Counted from the stretch's first letter, positions 20,227 to 31,075 are shown. The stretch is 64,000 nucleotides of DNA from Candidatus Bathyarchaeia archaeon (GCA_038883795.1 JAVZLK010000002.1:64001-128000); one strand, 5' to 3'. Translations and numbers: made by a program. Notes: generated from the sequence alone by a model not told the origin.

Positions 20227-21447
20227 ATGAAAGGGGATGTCCAAGTGGAGTCGTTTGAAGCGGAAAACTTTGTGAAAAATCAAATTGAGGAAATTAGAAA
20301 AAAGATTGGCAATGAAAAGGCTCTTGTTGCCGTTTCGGGCGGTGTTGACAGTTCGACATGCGCTGTGTTAACACATAAAGCCATAGGCGAAAACCTTGCC
20401 TGCGTAATCCTTGATGATGCTTTCATGCGGGAAGGCGAACCAGAACGCGTGGCAGAAATCTTGTCTAACCCTCCTTTGAATGTTCCAACAAAGGTTGTGG
20501 ATGTTCGTGAACGTTTTCTGCAAAACATGAAGGGTTTAAGGGATGCTGAAGAAAAACGTAAAAAATTCCGTGAAACCTTCTATCAGGTTCTGGGTGAAAC
20601 AGCAAAAAATGAAGGCTGCAAAATCCTCGTTCAGGGCACAATAAAGGCAGACATTGTCGAAACCGTTGGCGGCGTTAAAACTCAGCATAATGTTTTGGAG
20701 CAAATGGGCATAAACCCCATGGAACGTTACGGCTTCAAAGTCGTCGAACCCCTCGTATCGTTATACAAGCCCCAGGTGAGAATGGTGGCAAGATATCTCG
20801 GGTTGCCAGCCGAAATTTGTGAGAGGCAACCCTTCCCCGGGCCGGGCTTGTCTGTTCGTGTTGTTGGAGAAATTCGCCGTGAGAAGCTTGAAACTTTGAA
20901 GAAGGCTACAAAAATTGTTGAATGCGAATTGGAACAGCACAAGCCAAGCCAGTATTTTGCCGTAATCATTGACGATGAAGAGGAGTCAAAGCCTTCTGAG
21001 GTTAATCGCATCAAAGAAACTGTTGCAAGGCTTCTAAATGTTCCATCAAGAAATGTTGACGTGAAAATTTTCAGAGACAAAGCCACTGGAGTGGAGGGTG
21101 GAAAGCGACGTTATGGCGAAATTGTCGGAATTAAGGTTCAAACAATGAATGGAAGGGTCCATCAAGCATCTATTCTAAAAATTGTTTCCCTTCAAGCGAA
21201 AATTATTACTGAAAACCCTGCTGTGGCACGGGTTTTCTATGCTGTTAAAGATTTAGCCCAAAAGAAGCCTTATGTTGTTGGCATTCGCTCTGTTCAAACT
21301 GAAGATTTCTTAACCGCTAAAGTTTCAGAAATTCCTTGGGCGACATTGAATAAAATTGGTGACACTATCTTCAAAGAATGTGGCGATGTCTCAACGGTTT
21401 ATTATGATGTAACTCCAAAGCCGCCCGCCACCATTGAAATGGAATAA
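20227..21447 (+). CDS. guaAB: GMP synthase ATP-pyrophosphatase subunit B
   Basis: AVSGGVDS, QGTI, KTQHN, RQPFPGPGLSVR, YDVTPKPPATIE. Confidence 0.93.
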   Translation: MKGDVQVESFEAENFVKNQIEEIRKKIGNEKALVAVSGGVDSSTCAVLTHKAIGENLACVILDDAFMREGEPERVAEILSNPPLNVPTKVVDVRERFLQNMKGLRDAEEKRKKFRETFYQVLGETAKNEGCKILVQGTIKADIVETVGGVKTQHNVLEQMGINPMERYGFKVVEPLVSLYKPQVRMVARYLGLPAEICERQPFPGPGLSVRVVGEIRREKLETLKKATKIVECELEQHKPSQYFAVIIDDEEESKPSEVNRIKETVARLLNVPSRNVDVKIFRDKATGVEGGKRRYGEIVGIKVQTMNGRVHQASILKIVSLQAKIITENPAVARVFYAVKDLAQKKPYVVGIRSVQTEDFLTAKVSEIPWATLNKIGDTIFKECGDVSTVYYDVTPKPPATIEME

Positions 21448-21484
21448 CCTAAATAGCCAAGCTACACTATTTCTTGCGATTAAC

Positions 21485-21811
21485 ATGTTCCGTGTTAGAG
21501 TAAACAAAATAGAATCAATTCGGGATTTGGACGGCAACCTTGGAAAGCGTATAGAGTTGGTTGAAGAGCGGCAGATTCCCCGCTTTGTTGTTAGGCCGCA
21601 AAGCGAAGAGGCTAAAATGGTGCAAGAAGTTCTTCAGGCTGTGCAACAGCAATTGCCCCTTTTTCCAGCAAGAACAGAATTTGCAATTCCAAAAATAATA
21701 TTGTTTCTGACTGAGCAAGAATATGAGAGTTTGGGCATAGACTTTGATGTAAACCAAACTTATGAGATATGGCTTGAAAACCAGAACATACGATTTAAGA
21801 AAACAGCATAA
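21485..21811 (+). CDS. arcadin-1-like protein
   Basis: D-x-x-G...RIELVEE, PKIILFLTEQEYE...FDV pattern resembling Pyrobaculum arcadin-1 as I recall it. Confidence 0.65.
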   Translation: MFRVRVNKIESIRDLDGNLGKRIELVEERQIPRFVVRPQSEEAKMVQEVLQAVQQQLPLFPARTEFAIPKIILFLTEQEYESLGIDFDVNQTYEIWLENQNIRFKKTA

Positions 21812-22199
21812 CCTCCTTCCTTATACGCCTCAAACCCGCATACTTGGGATGGAAGGATAAGACAAAAATCATGTTCCTCAAGGCATTAAAAATCTCTCTT
21901 TCATTTGCCTTCCCATCCTTATCACAATAAATTGGAACTGGTTCTTCGTCGCCATTCTTGTAATAAACATATATGGGCGTGAACTTCTCCCTTAACATGA
22001 TGACTTCAAAATTTGCCTTCAACACCTTCGCCATCTTTTCAGCCGCGGCCCTAATAAACCTCATACGCTTTTCATGTAATGTGGAATTTGAAGCGTAAAC
22101 CATTACCTTTCCACCAGAGTTCTCGAACATAGTAATTTCACCAAAATCCAAACCGCTTTCGACCTTTTTTAAAGCAAGCGTTACAACGACATTTGCCAA
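21795..22199 (-). CDS. hypothetical protein
   Basis: ORF with PIYVYY...PVPIY...FVLSFHP; start uncertain. Confidence 0.6.
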   Translation of the reverse strand: MANVVVTLALKKVESGLDFGEITMFENSGGKVMVYASNSTLHEKRMRFIRAAAEKMAKVLKANFEVIMLREKFTPIYVYYKNGDEEPVPIYCDKDGKANEREIFNALRNMIFVLSFHPKYAGLRRIRKEVMLFS

Positions 22200-22270
22200 A
22201 AGTGGAGAGAGATGGGTTAAAGTGAAAACTCATAAACCTTCAAAACCATAAATTTTCAAGGCGATTTCCT

Positions 22271-22558
22271 ATGAAGGTTAGGGCGCACGTATTTGTAAGC
22301 GGCATGGTGCAAGGCGTCTTCTTCAGATCAGAAACCCAATACGAAGCCAAAAAACGAAATGTAACAGGCTGGGTTCGCAACCTACCAGACGGCAGAGTTG
22401 AAGCCGTTTTCGAAGGAGAAGAAGAAAAAGTTAAAGAACTCATAAACTTCTGCAAGCATGGACCGCCAGGCGCAAGAGTCACAAATGTGGATGTGCGTTG
22501 GGAAAATTATACGGGCGAGTTTAAGGATTTTGAAATAAGATATGGATACCGCTTCTAA
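22271..22558 (+). CDS. acyP: acylphosphatase
   Basis: [28 protein letters not shown]. Confidence 0.95.
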   Translation: MKVRAHVFVSGMVQGVFFRSETQYEAKKRNVTGWVRNLPDGRVEAVFEGEEEKVKELINFCKHGPPGARVTNVDVRWENYTGEFKDFEIRYGYRF

Positions 22559-22625
22559 CATTCTTTTAAAATATCTAAAGTAGATAATATAATTCCAAAA
22601 TAGATAAGTTGCTTTTCAATTTTGG

Positions 22626-23039
22626 TTATGTTCTTTTTCTTGGCACTCTGAAATGGGATGCTTTTCCCGCGCTTATGTAGTCGCCTCCTATTCCTCGCAC
22701 TACTGAGGCTATTTTTGCGAAGTTTTCTGAACCCAAAAACTGTCGGGGCTTTATTATTATGTAATCTTCTTTTTCTTCAAAATTTAATAGATTCTCTAAT
22801 TCTTCTGGGAACATCATTTTTATGTCCTCTATTCCCTGTAATCTTTCTGAGGGTTTTGGCGTTATAGGCGTGGGCGTCGGTGTTGGAGTTGGAGATGGTG
22901 GCTGCGCCAAGTGGGAGATGGCTATGGATTTTAGGGCTGTTGAAACTTCCCTCAAATCTTCTGCGACTCTGTTTAAAACCACGAGAAGCTCGTCGATTCT
23001 TTCTACAAGCTTTTCGAGGATTCTCCTTTCTTCGCTCAT
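22626..23039 (-). CDS. hypothetical protein (coiled coil, PT linker, small C-terminal domain)
   Basis: MSEERR start, PSPTPTPTP linker, PRQFLG...GGDYISAGK. Confidence 0.65.
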   Translation of the reverse strand: MSEERRILEKLVERIDELLVVLNRVAEDLREVSTALKSIAISHLAQPPSPTPTPTPTPITPKPSERLQGIEDIKMMFPEELENLLNFEEKEDYIIIKPRQFLGSENFAKIASVVRGIGGDYISAGKASHFRVPRKRT

Positions 23040-23138
23040 ACGTTTTTCCCTTTTCCAAATCTTAATACTATACGCATTTATTAATTGTTTTTCATCCTTT
23101 AATAAAGTAGCATAGAGGCATAAGGAGAAGCCGCGCAA

Positions 23139-24176
23139 GTGATTGAAATCGATGGAAGCCAGAAAAGTGGAAGCGGCACAATACTTAGGTTGTCCGTTGC
23201 CTTAGCCGCCATACTAGGCGAAGACCTTCACATTTACAACATTAGGCAAAAGAGACCGCAACCAGGCTTGCGACCCCAACATTTAGAAGCAGTTTTAACA
23301 GCCGCCAAACTCTGCGATGCAGAAGTGAAAGGCGCAGAGCTTAACTCCAGAGAGCTTTGGTTTAAACCAAAAAAGGTTAAGGGTGGAAGTTTTGAGGCGG
23401 AAATTGGCACTGCCGGGAGCATCCCAATGCTTTTGATGACTATTTTGCCCATATGCGCCTTTGCAGAAAACACCGTACACTTACATGTGTCAAGAGGTGG
23501 AACGGACGTTTCTAATTCGCCTACAATCAATTATATACGCTATGTGCTTTTGCCAACGCTTAAGCGAATGGGAGTGAATGCCTCTTTGATCGTTCATAAG
23601 TATGGCTATTATCCGAAAGGCATGGGAGAAGTAACCATAACCGTTGAGCCATGTAAGCATCTGAAACCTTTAGTTTTGAAAGATTTTGGCAAAATAAAAA
23701 CAATAAAAGGGGTTTCGGTTTGTACTTTCTTGGCGGATAGAAGGGTTGCTGAACGTCAAGCAAAAGCCTCAAATGAATATCTGAAGGAGAAAGGCTATTC
23801 AGCAGAAATTCAAATAATAAACGATGAGTCTAACCCTCTGCAAAAAGGAAGCTCCCTTGTCTTGTGGGCTGAAACGGACGCAGATGCAATTTTGGGTGCA
23901 GACGCCATAGGCGAATTAAGAAAAACAAGCGAAACTGTGGGACGGGAGGCTGCAGAAAAACTTTACGTGGAGGTTTCTGCTAAACCCACAGTGGATGTGC
24001 ATCTGGCTGATATGCTTGTGCCATATGTTGCTTTAGCTGATGGAGGTTCCGTATACTTTACACGGGCGCTTTCGGATCATTTGGAAACAAATATTTGGCT
24101 TGCAGAAAAAATCTTGAGTGTTAAATTCCACATTAACAAAGTTGGCGGGCTTTACAAAATTGAGAAGGTTGGCTGA
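23139..24176 (+). CDS. rtcA: RNA 3'-terminal phosphate cyclase
   Basis: IDGS..SGSGTILR, PGLRPQH, GYYPKGMG, DVHLAD, HLETN. Confidence 0.93.
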   Translation: MIEIDGSQKSGSGTILRLSVALAAILGEDLHIYNIRQKRPQPGLRPQHLEAVLTAAKLCDAEVKGAELNSRELWFKPKKVKGGSFEAEIGTAGSIPMLLMTILPICAFAENTVHLHVSRGGTDVSNSPTINYIRYVLLPTLKRMGVNASLIVHKYGYYPKGMGEVTITVEPCKHLKPLVLKDFGKIKTIKGVSVCTFLADRRVAERQAKASNEYLKEKGYSAEIQIINDESNPLQKGSSLVLWAETDADAILGADAIGELRKTSETVGREAAEKLYVEVSAKPTVDVHLADMLVPYVALADGGSVYFTRALSDHLETNIWLAEKILSVKFHINKVGGLYKIEKVG

Positions 24177-25599
24177 AGCGAAGGAGAATAAAATTTTGAA
24201 GGCAAATGTTAGGGGAATTTACACAACAGCCTTGACAAAACTGCTTTTAGACCACAATTTCGAAATAGTTAATCCTTCTTTAGCCATAAAGAGGCGCTTT
24301 GGGCTCCAGGATAATTTTGCTCCTCCAGACTTGAAAATTAAGGATAGATTTGATTTGCAAGGCGTAAGGGTTCTGGGAACCCTTGAAGCAGTAAACAAGT
24401 TTCATTCCATTTTACATTCTTACCTTGATGACGTTATAACTCGAATGTGGCTCGTTAGCGTTGATGGAATATACCGGGGAAATGTTGTGGTTTCAGATGA
24501 GTATGGCGTTTACATTGACATTGGTAATGGCATAGTTGGTCGGGTTCCAAAATCTGAGATTGCATACGCCAATGAAAAGCAATTAACGGTTCAGGTTGAA
24601 AGGAAAAGGATAGGAGCAAAACAGCCTCTTTTAACGACAAATTTGAAGATTGTTGGAAACTACGCCATCCTAGCCCAAAACAGCAAGGTCGGCGTAAGCC
24701 TAAAAATCCGAGATTTACACAAGCGAGCGGAACTTTATGCCCTTGGAAAGTCTCTGGCGCCTAATGGTTGGGGAATTATTTGGCGTGAAACATCCGCAAA
24801 CCAGCCGAAGGGAGTTTTGGAAAACGAGATAAGAATGCTTGCGAATAAAGTTGAAACGTTAAAAGAGAAAATGGCTTCATCGACGGAGGCTCCAGCGCTT
24901 TTAGTTGATGGCTTATATTTTATGGATGTGGAATTTCCATACTTTTCCAAAAAAGGCATGGATAGGCTGAGGGCTTCCGCAGTCACAACTCTGGATGGTC
25001 ACCATTTCTATAAGAGTTGTGGCGGAAGGGTTTCTTCGGCTTTGGAGATGGCTGAGCGGCTTTTAGAAGAAGGCGAAACGCGAGAGAATGTCGAAAAATC
25101 CTTTAGGAAGCAGATTCTTTATGAGTTTCCAGAAGCAGATTCCGTTGTAGATGTTGAGCATGTTAAGCTCAGCGGAATTGTTTTCCATCTTGGACAAGCA
25201 ACCATAGCAGCCCTAAACGATAAAGAGTTAAAGTTTAAGCGAACAATACAAAGCGACGGTTTCTATGATGGACTTGGCGTTAAAAAAGAAGCTGGCGATA
25301 CAGCCTTAAGCGAAACAAAACTTGGCGAATGGTACATCACAACAAAATATTTCTCTCCTAAAGGCGAGCTAAAAGGAATATACGTTAACCTGAACACGCC
25401 AGTGGAAGTTTATCCCAACGCCATACGTTATGTGGATTTGGAAGTTGATGTCTGCATCAAACCAGATGGCTCGTTTCAAGTTTTAGATGTGGAGAAACTT
25501 GAGAAAGCTTTGGAAAGAGGCTTCATAAGTAAAAGGCTTTTTGAAGTTGTTAAGGAAATGGCAAACGAAGTTGCGCATCAAAACTTTCCTTCTGAGTAA
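24118..25599 (+). CDS. fau-1: FAU-1 RNA-binding ribonuclease (S1-like plus DUF402)
   Basis: VRGIYTTALT, GHHFYK, YDGL, YVNLNTPVE, YVDLEVDV; true start probably near 24170-24200. Confidence 0.85.
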   Translation: MLNSTLTKLAGFTKLRRLAEAKENKILKANVRGIYTTALTKLLLDHNFEIVNPSLAIKRRFGLQDNFAPPDLKIKDRFDLQGVRVLGTLEAVNKFHSILHSYLDDVITRMWLVSVDGIYRGNVVVSDEYGVYIDIGNGIVGRVPKSEIAYANEKQLTVQVERKRIGAKQPLLTTNLKIVGNYAILAQNSKVGVSLKIRDLHKRAELYALGKSLAPNGWGIIWRETSANQPKGVLENEIRMLANKVETLKEKMASSTEAPALLVDGLYFMDVEFPYFSKKGMDRLRASAVTTLDGHHFYKSCGGRVSSALEMAERLLEEGETRENVEKSFRKQILYEFPEADSVVDVEHVKLSGIVFHLGQATIAALNDKELKFKRTIQSDGFYDGLGVKKEAGDTALSETKLGEWYITTKYFSPKGELKGIYVNLNTPVEVYPNAIRYVDLEVDVCIKPDGSFQVLDVEKLEKALERGFISKRLFEVVKEMANEVAHQNFPSE

Positions 25600-25602
25600 G
25601 AA

Positions 25603-25902
25603 TTGGAATTAGAAGCCTCAATTATTAAGCTGCATCCTACATGCCAATTCATAACCTATAAGTTAGGAGTATGCTTCTTCTATTCACGATGCCTAATGCA
25701 TGCTGACGTGGAAATTCTAACAGAAATTCCATGCTTCAAATGCCTGTTTTGGGAACCAATAAAACAAAGCAGCCTATATTGCAATCCAAATGAATGCCAA
25801 AAACTGACAGAATGGCTTATTAAAAACGCCGAAAACCCGCAACGAGACGAGGTTAGTTTAAAAGTCGTCTCTAAGGCTTTAATCAGCACAAAGAAAAAGT
25901 AA
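25603..25902 (+). CDS. small Cys-rich hypothetical protein
   Basis: PCFKC...CNPNECQKLTEW putative Zn-binding motif; likely start at the internal Met. Confidence 0.55.
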   Translation: MELEASIIKLHPTCQFITYKLGVCFFYSRCLMHADVEILTEIPCFKCLFWEPIKQSSLYCNPNECQKLTEWLIKNAENPQRDEVSLKVVSKALISTKKK

Positions 25903-25961
25903 ACTAATTTTTTGCTGAATAAGTTTATGTTGTTTCGCTGCAAAATTATAGTGAAAACCGT

Positions 25962-27041
25962 ATGGAAAATGTTGTTGGCAAGAAGTCTGTATGCTTAAAA
26001 GTTTGGAAAAACTTTGGCGAGAAAGCCATAATCTTAGTTACCAAACTCAGACTTGTTGATGAAGAACTGGAAATTAAAAGAGATGAAGCATTCATTTATG
26101 TCCCGCTTATCCGTCAACCTTCAGAGAGTGAGTTAAAAGCCTTAAGAGAGCAGCTTCCAAACTTTCAAATTTCAATCGATATTTTTTCAGAAAGAAAAAG
26201 GCGGGTAACGTTCACTGAACTGTTGGAGGATAGGCTTCCTCCTCATTTGTTGGCTAGTTTGCCAAGGGCTATAGATTTTGTTGGTGACATAGCCATAATT
26301 GAGATTCCTCCAGAACTTGAAGCCTATAAAACTTTGGTTGGTGAGGCAATTCTTAAAGCGCATGAAAATGTGGAGACTGTACTTGCCAAGGCTGGTGCGG
26401 TTTCTGGAACTTATCGTCTAAGAGAATTTGGCGTAATTGCTGGAAAACCCAAAACAGAAACAATTCACAAGGAGTATGGCTGCCAATTTTATGTGGACCT
26501 TTCAAAAGCCTACTTTTCCCCACGCCTATCTTATGAGCATAACAGAGTTGCATCATTGGTTGAGGAGGGCGAAACAGTTATAGACATGTTTGCTGGAGTT
26601 GGTCCATTCTCTATATTAATTGCAAAAAAACATGAGAATGTGAAAGTTTATGCCATAGACGTGAACCCTAACGCGGTGGAGTTTCTACAAAAAAATGTTA
26701 GGCTTAACAGGGTTGAAGGCAAAGTCCATCCAATTTTAGGCGATGCAAAACAGGTTGTTGAAGAAAAACTTTTTGGAATGGCAGACCGTGTGATTATGAA
26801 CTTGCCGGAAAAAGCCATAGAGTTCATAGATGTCGCATGTAAGGCAATAAAGCCCACGGGTGGCATAATCCACTTTTACACTTTTGTCAGCAGTTCTGAA
26901 TCTTTGGAAAATTTGAAACTTAAACTTATTGAGGCTGTTGAGAAGTGCGGAAGAAAAGTTGAGAAGGTTTTGTTTTCTCGTTTTGTTCGGGCAACAGCCC
27001 CCTATGAATGGCAAGCCGTTATAGACGCAAAAATTCTTTAA
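25962..27041 (+). CDS. trm5: tRNA (guanine37-N1)-methyltransferase Trm5/Tyw2 family
   Basis: VGDIAI, YFSPRL, DMFAGVGPFS, IMNLP. Confidence 0.88.
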   Translation: MENVVGKKSVCLKVWKNFGEKAIILVTKLRLVDEELEIKRDEAFIYVPLIRQPSESELKALREQLPNFQISIDIFSERKRRVTFTELLEDRLPPHLLASLPRAIDFVGDIAIIEIPPELEAYKTLVGEAILKAHENVETVLAKAGAVSGTYRLREFGVIAGKPKTETIHKEYGCQFYVDLSKAYFSPRLSYEHNRVASLVEEGETVIDMFAGVGPFSILIAKKHENVKVYAIDVNPNAVEFLQKNVRLNRVEGKVHPILGDAKQVVEEKLFGMADRVIMNLPEKAIEFIDVACKAIKPTGGIIHFYTFVSSSESLENLKLKLIEAVEKCGRKVEKVLFSRFVRATAPYEWQAVIDAKIL

Positions 27042-27463
27042 ACCCTTACCGTTAGCATTATTTTCACTTCTTGTTCTGGATTTTTCAGTTTCTCTATAAG
27101 ATGTCTTGATAAATCGATTGCTGCTTTATCTGCTTGGATTGCCAATGTTCGGCTACAAATGTAACCGCTCTTTCTTACAACCATGTCTGTTGAATGCGTT
27201 AAAATCAGCTTTGGGCTCCCAAAAGCATTCACAACATCAGCAACTTCTTCGGCTTCAATCAGCAAACTTATTTTAGCCTTTTCTCTACGTAAAATTTCCT
27301 TAAATTCAGCGCTCAAATCCGCCAAAGCCTTGTTAGCCGAAACAGCAATAATACAGTCTCCTTTTTTTGTTAGTCTTTCTTCTTTAGTTATTTCTAAAGT
27401 TGTTGGGTGGGTGGCTTGGATGTTTTTGTGTCCATATGCGAAAATAACTTCTCTTATTTCCAT
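27038..27463 (-). CDS. DUF371 family protein
   Basis: GHKNIQATHPTTLEIT, GDCII, VVRKS..ICSRT. Confidence 0.88.
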   Translation of the reverse strand: MEIREVIFAYGHKNIQATHPTTLEITKEERLTKKGDCIIAVSANKALADLSAEFKEILRREKAKISLLIEAEEVADVVNAFGSPKLILTHSTDMVVRKSGYICSRTLAIQADKAAIDLSRHLIEKLKNPEQEVKIMLTVRV

Positions 27464-27478
27464 AAAATGCCTCGAGGC

Positions 27479-27931
27479 TTATTTTAAAACAAGTTTCAGT
27501 ATAATTGCGTCATGCCCCTCTCCAAAGTAGTCTCTTCTAAATGCTGAAATACGAAAATTATGTTTGTAATAGAAGGGAATGGCGGAAGCACATTTATAGT
27601 GAACCTCAGCCAAGACCGCTTTCACTTTCTTCCTTTTTAGAGCTTTCAACTCTTTATTTAACAGCATTTTTCCTATTCCCTTCCCTTGAAATTCTTTGTC
27701 AACCACTATATCCTCAAGAACAGCCTCATCATTACACAAGTCCGCTTGCACATACCCAACAACTTTTCCATTATAGACAGCCACAAAAGACAAGTCTGGA
27801 TTTTCCTTCAATTCTTCCCGCAGATGTTTACTATACCTTTCCTTAGTTGCATGGGGATTCGCCAACATGGCAAGTTCTGAAATCACGGGTAGATCCTTTT
27901 CATGCATCTTTCTAATAACAACCTCGAACAT
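27479..27931 (-). CDS. GNAT acetyltransferase (RimI-like)
   Basis: QGKGIG acetyl-CoA motif, AIPFY, DYF..GHDA. Confidence 0.88.
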   Translation of the reverse strand: MFEVVIRKMHEKDLPVISELAMLANPHATKERYSKHLREELKENPDLSFVAVYNGKVVGYVQADLCNDEAVLEDIVVDKEFQGKGIGKMLLNKELKALKRKKVKAVLAEVHYKCASAIPFYYKHNFRISAFRRDYFGEGHDAIILKLVLK

Positions 27932-27953
27932 GATGCTTTCCCAAGTATAGTGG

Positions 27954-28919
27954 TTATTCGAGAACTTCTATTGAATCAACCTTTCCGTCGCCGTCCAGGT
28001 CGAATCCTTGAATTACCGTTGCAAAAGACTCCTTACCATCATAATTCTTTAAGGTTTTTTTCCAAAAGTTTGTTAAGGCTAAGACGCAGGCTTTTGTTCC
28101 CACAGCTTTGTTTCCAGCCAAAACTATAACCCACTTACTATTATCCCATGGGTTCACAATTTTCGCTATCAAACCAACAGCATCTGCAGTGTAGACGTTT
28201 GAGGTTTTTCTTGAAACCAAACCGCCGAAGAGGAAGCCTTGTTCTGAGGGTTGCATGTTAAACCTTATTGGCAAATAATCATTCAACTCCTGCGTCAAGA
28301 GGTTTGTTCCCGGTCCACCCACGAGGATTAGGTTGTTTTTCTCTTCCTTTTCTGCTTTAACGTCAACGTCGAGTTTTATGGCGAAATTCTCTGGCATTTT
28401 TGCAAATTGCCCCAAAAAGAATGTTAAATGAGAGGCGTAGTGTCCATCTCTTGCGCTGGTTTTGAAAGGTCCGTGAGGCGTTGGGCTTCCAACAACTATT
28501 TTTCCTTCAAATGTGCCGTCTTCTTTTATGAATCCTTTGAAGAATTTTTGGATTTTCTCATCCATTATTGGAAGCGAAGGTCTCTCTAAAGTTTTATATC
28601 CTTGGGGAAGTTCTATTCCAAAGGCTGGTGAAACAGCCTTGTAATATTTTGCTATGGCGCCTTTCTTTTCTTCTTCTTTGGCTATGGTTATAGCTCCGGC
28701 CCTCGCCAACTTCCTTATGTGATAATAAACTTTCTGTTCGTGAATGCCAATTTTTTTAGCTATTTCCAGCGGATACATTTCCCTTTCAGAAAGCATCATC
28801 AAAATTTTCCAGCTAAGCCTATTCAAAATCATTTTTAGCTTTTGAGGGTCTTCAAATATGGCTATTTTTTTTACTTTCTGCTTTTTTCCCTCTTCATGGA
28901 GTAATAGTTTTTTGTCCAT
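27954..28919 (-). CDS. ArsR-type HTH regulator with C-terminal alpha/beta domain
   Basis: YPLEIAKKIGIHEQKVYYHIRKL HTH; NLILVGGPGTN C-domain. Confidence 0.75.
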   Translation of the reverse strand: MDKKLLLHEEGKKQKVKKIAIFEDPQKLKMILNRLSWKILMMLSEREMYPLEIAKKIGIHEQKVYYHIRKLARAGAITIAKEEEKKGAIAKYYKAVSPAFGIELPQGYKTLERPSLPIMDEKIQKFFKGFIKEDGTFEGKIVVGSPTPHGPFKTSARDGHYASHLTFFLGQFAKMPENFAIKLDVDVKAEKEEKNNLILVGGPGTNLLTQELNDYLPIRFNMQPSEQGFLFGGLVSRKTSNVYTADAVGLIAKIVNPWDNSKWVIVLAGNKAVGTKACVLALTNFWKKTLKNYDGKESFATVIQGFDLDGDGKVDSIEVLE

Positions 28920-29201
28920 GGCTTTTCATAAGCATAAAGGCGAATCCATTATTAAAATTTTTATTATGGTAACTGGACAAAGCTCCAAAGCAAGAGGAAT
29001 GCGAAAACCATTGTGTATTATAAAGAATTTTTTAAAACTTTAACAAAAAATAAAGTAATTTACGCCTAAATTGGGCATTAAAAGGCGGAATTATTCTTAA
29101 AAAATTTTTAGAACTGGAAAATTATTCCTAAAAAAGCTTATTACTTCCAGAAAACCTTGAATAAGGCTTGCAAAGTTCAAAATCGGCGATGAGGCTTTAA
29201 A

Positions 29202-31031
29202 ATGTGTGGAATTTTCGGATGCATACTCAAAGATGGAAAAGCGGCGCCAATAATTCATGCTGCATTAAAAAGGCTTGAATACCGCGGTTATGACTCTGTT
29301 GGAGAAGCAACAATATACGATGGCAAGCTCTACATAAAAAAGGACCAGGGAAAAATTGAGGAAGTTAATAAAATCCACAACTTGGACGATTTGCCTGGCA
29401 ACATTGGCATTGGACATACGAGGTGGGCTACCCATGGTGCGCCCTTGCAAGTTAATGCACATCCCCATGTAGATTGTGGTGGGCAAATAGCCATAGTCCA
29501 CAACGGAATCATAGAAAATTTTGCTGAATTGAAACTTGAGTTGGAGAACCGCGGTCACGTTTTCAAATCAAAGACCGACACTGAAGTGGCAGCACATCTC
29601 ATTGAAGAAATTTTAAAGAAAAATCCATCTTTAAGCCTCGCCGACGCCGTTCTAGAAGCTGTTAAAAAGCTTGATGGTTCTTATGCTATTGCTGTGATTT
29701 CGCCGAGAGACCCGACCAAAATAATATGTGCAAGAAATGAAAGCCCTCTGGTTATTGGAATAAATGAAAACGCAATTTACTGCGCTTCTGACATTCCCGC
29801 ATTTTTGCCACTAACCAACAAGGCAGTAATAATTGATGATGGAGAACTTGTTACGCTTTCCCTAGAAGGTTTCGAAATTAAAAAAATTGCTGATTCCAGC
29901 CTCGTCTTGCGGGAGCCGAAACTTATTGATTGGACACCTGAGATGGCTGTGAAACAGGGATATCCACATTTTATGCTCAAGGAAATTCATGAGCAACCAG
30001 CAACTTTGCGGAACACCCTGAGATTGCAGGAGCATTACCTTGACTTAATGGCAACCTTTCTTGACCGCGCCCGCGAAGTCTACTTAGTGGCTTGTGGAAC
30101 ATCCTATCACGCATGTTTGGCTGCATCTTACATGTTTTCTAAGCTTGCCTTTTTGGCAACCTACCCAGTAATAGCATCAGAATTCATTGAACAGCATGGT
30201 AAATCCGTAAACATAGACAGTACAATTTTGGCGGTAAGCCAGTCCGGCGAAACAGCAGATACTTTGGCTGCTGTTAACTGTGCAAGACAAAGGGCGGCAA
30301 CAATCCTTGGATTAACCAACGTCATCGGTTCAACATTAACAAGGGTTTCAAGGGTTTACATTGGTCAACAGTCTGGTCCAGAAATTGGAGTGGCGGCAAC
30401 AAAAACCTTTACGTCTCAACTTTCGGTTTTGGCTCAACTAGCCCTCAGGCTAGCTAAGAAAAGAGGCAAAGTTTCGCAGGATGAGATGGATTATTTGGCT
30501 GAGAAAATGGAGAAACTGCCAGACACTGTTGAAACAATAATCCAAACAAGAGAGGAAAAGGTGAAACAAATTGCAAGAAAATACAAGGATGCCAAGACGT
30601 TCTTTTTCTTGGGACGTGGAATAAGCACAGCCACCGCCTATGAGGGTAGACTAAAACTTATGGAAATCGCCTACGTTCCAGCCATAGCTTTTCCAGCTGG
30701 CGAAAGCAAACACGGACCAATAAGCCTCATAGAACCAGGCTTTCCGGTTGTCTTTATTTGCCCCAAAGATGAAACCCACAAAACAATAATTGGAAACATC
30801 ATGGAGATGAAAGCCAGAGGGGCCTCAATAATAGCGGTTATGGAGGAAGGCGATGAAGAAATAAAAAGTTTGGCAGACGATTGGGTTGAAATACCTAAGG
30901 GGATTCCAGAAGTCTTATCGCCAATCCCGTATATTATTCCGTTGCAGCTTTTAGCCTATTACATGGCTGTGGAAAGGGGATACAACCCAGACATGCCTAG
31001 AAACTTGGCAAAATCCGTTACAGTAAAATAA
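29202..31031 (+). CDS. glmS: glutamine--fructose-6-phosphate aminotransferase
   Basis: [36 protein letters not shown]. Confidence 0.98.
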   Translation: MCGIFGCILKDGKAAPIIHAALKRLEYRGYDSVGEATIYDGKLYIKKDQGKIEEVNKIHNLDDLPGNIGIGHTRWATHGAPLQVNAHPHVDCGGQIAIVHNGIIENFAELKLELENRGHVFKSKTDTEVAAHLIEEILKKNPSLSLADAVLEAVKKLDGSYAIAVISPRDPTKIICARNESPLVIGINENAIYCASDIPAFLPLTNKAVIIDDGELVTLSLEGFEIKKIADSSLVLREPKLIDWTPEMAVKQGYPHFMLKEIHEQPATLRNTLRLQEHYLDLMATFLDRAREVYLVACGTSYHACLAASYMFSKLAFLATYPVIASEFIEQHGKSVNIDSTILAVSQSGETADTLAAVNCARQRAATILGLTNVIGSTLTRVSRVYIGQQSGPEIGVAATKTFTSQLSVLAQLALRLAKKRGKVSQDEMDYLAEKMEKLPDTVETIIQTREEKVKQIARKYKDAKTFFFLGRGISTATAYEGRLKLMEIAYVPAIAFPAGESKHGPISLIEPGFPVVFICPKDETHKTIIGNIMEMKARGASIIAVMEEGDEEIKSLADDWVEIPKGIPEVLSPIPYIIPLQLLAYYMAVERGYNPDMPRNLAKSVTVK

Positions 31032-31075
31032 CGTTAAAAGCCTCTTTCACAATATTTCATTTTGGTGCTACAAAA

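Noticed and set aside
22860-22902. Repetitive GT-rich tract
   Set aside because: It encodes the PSPTPTPTP linker of a protein.
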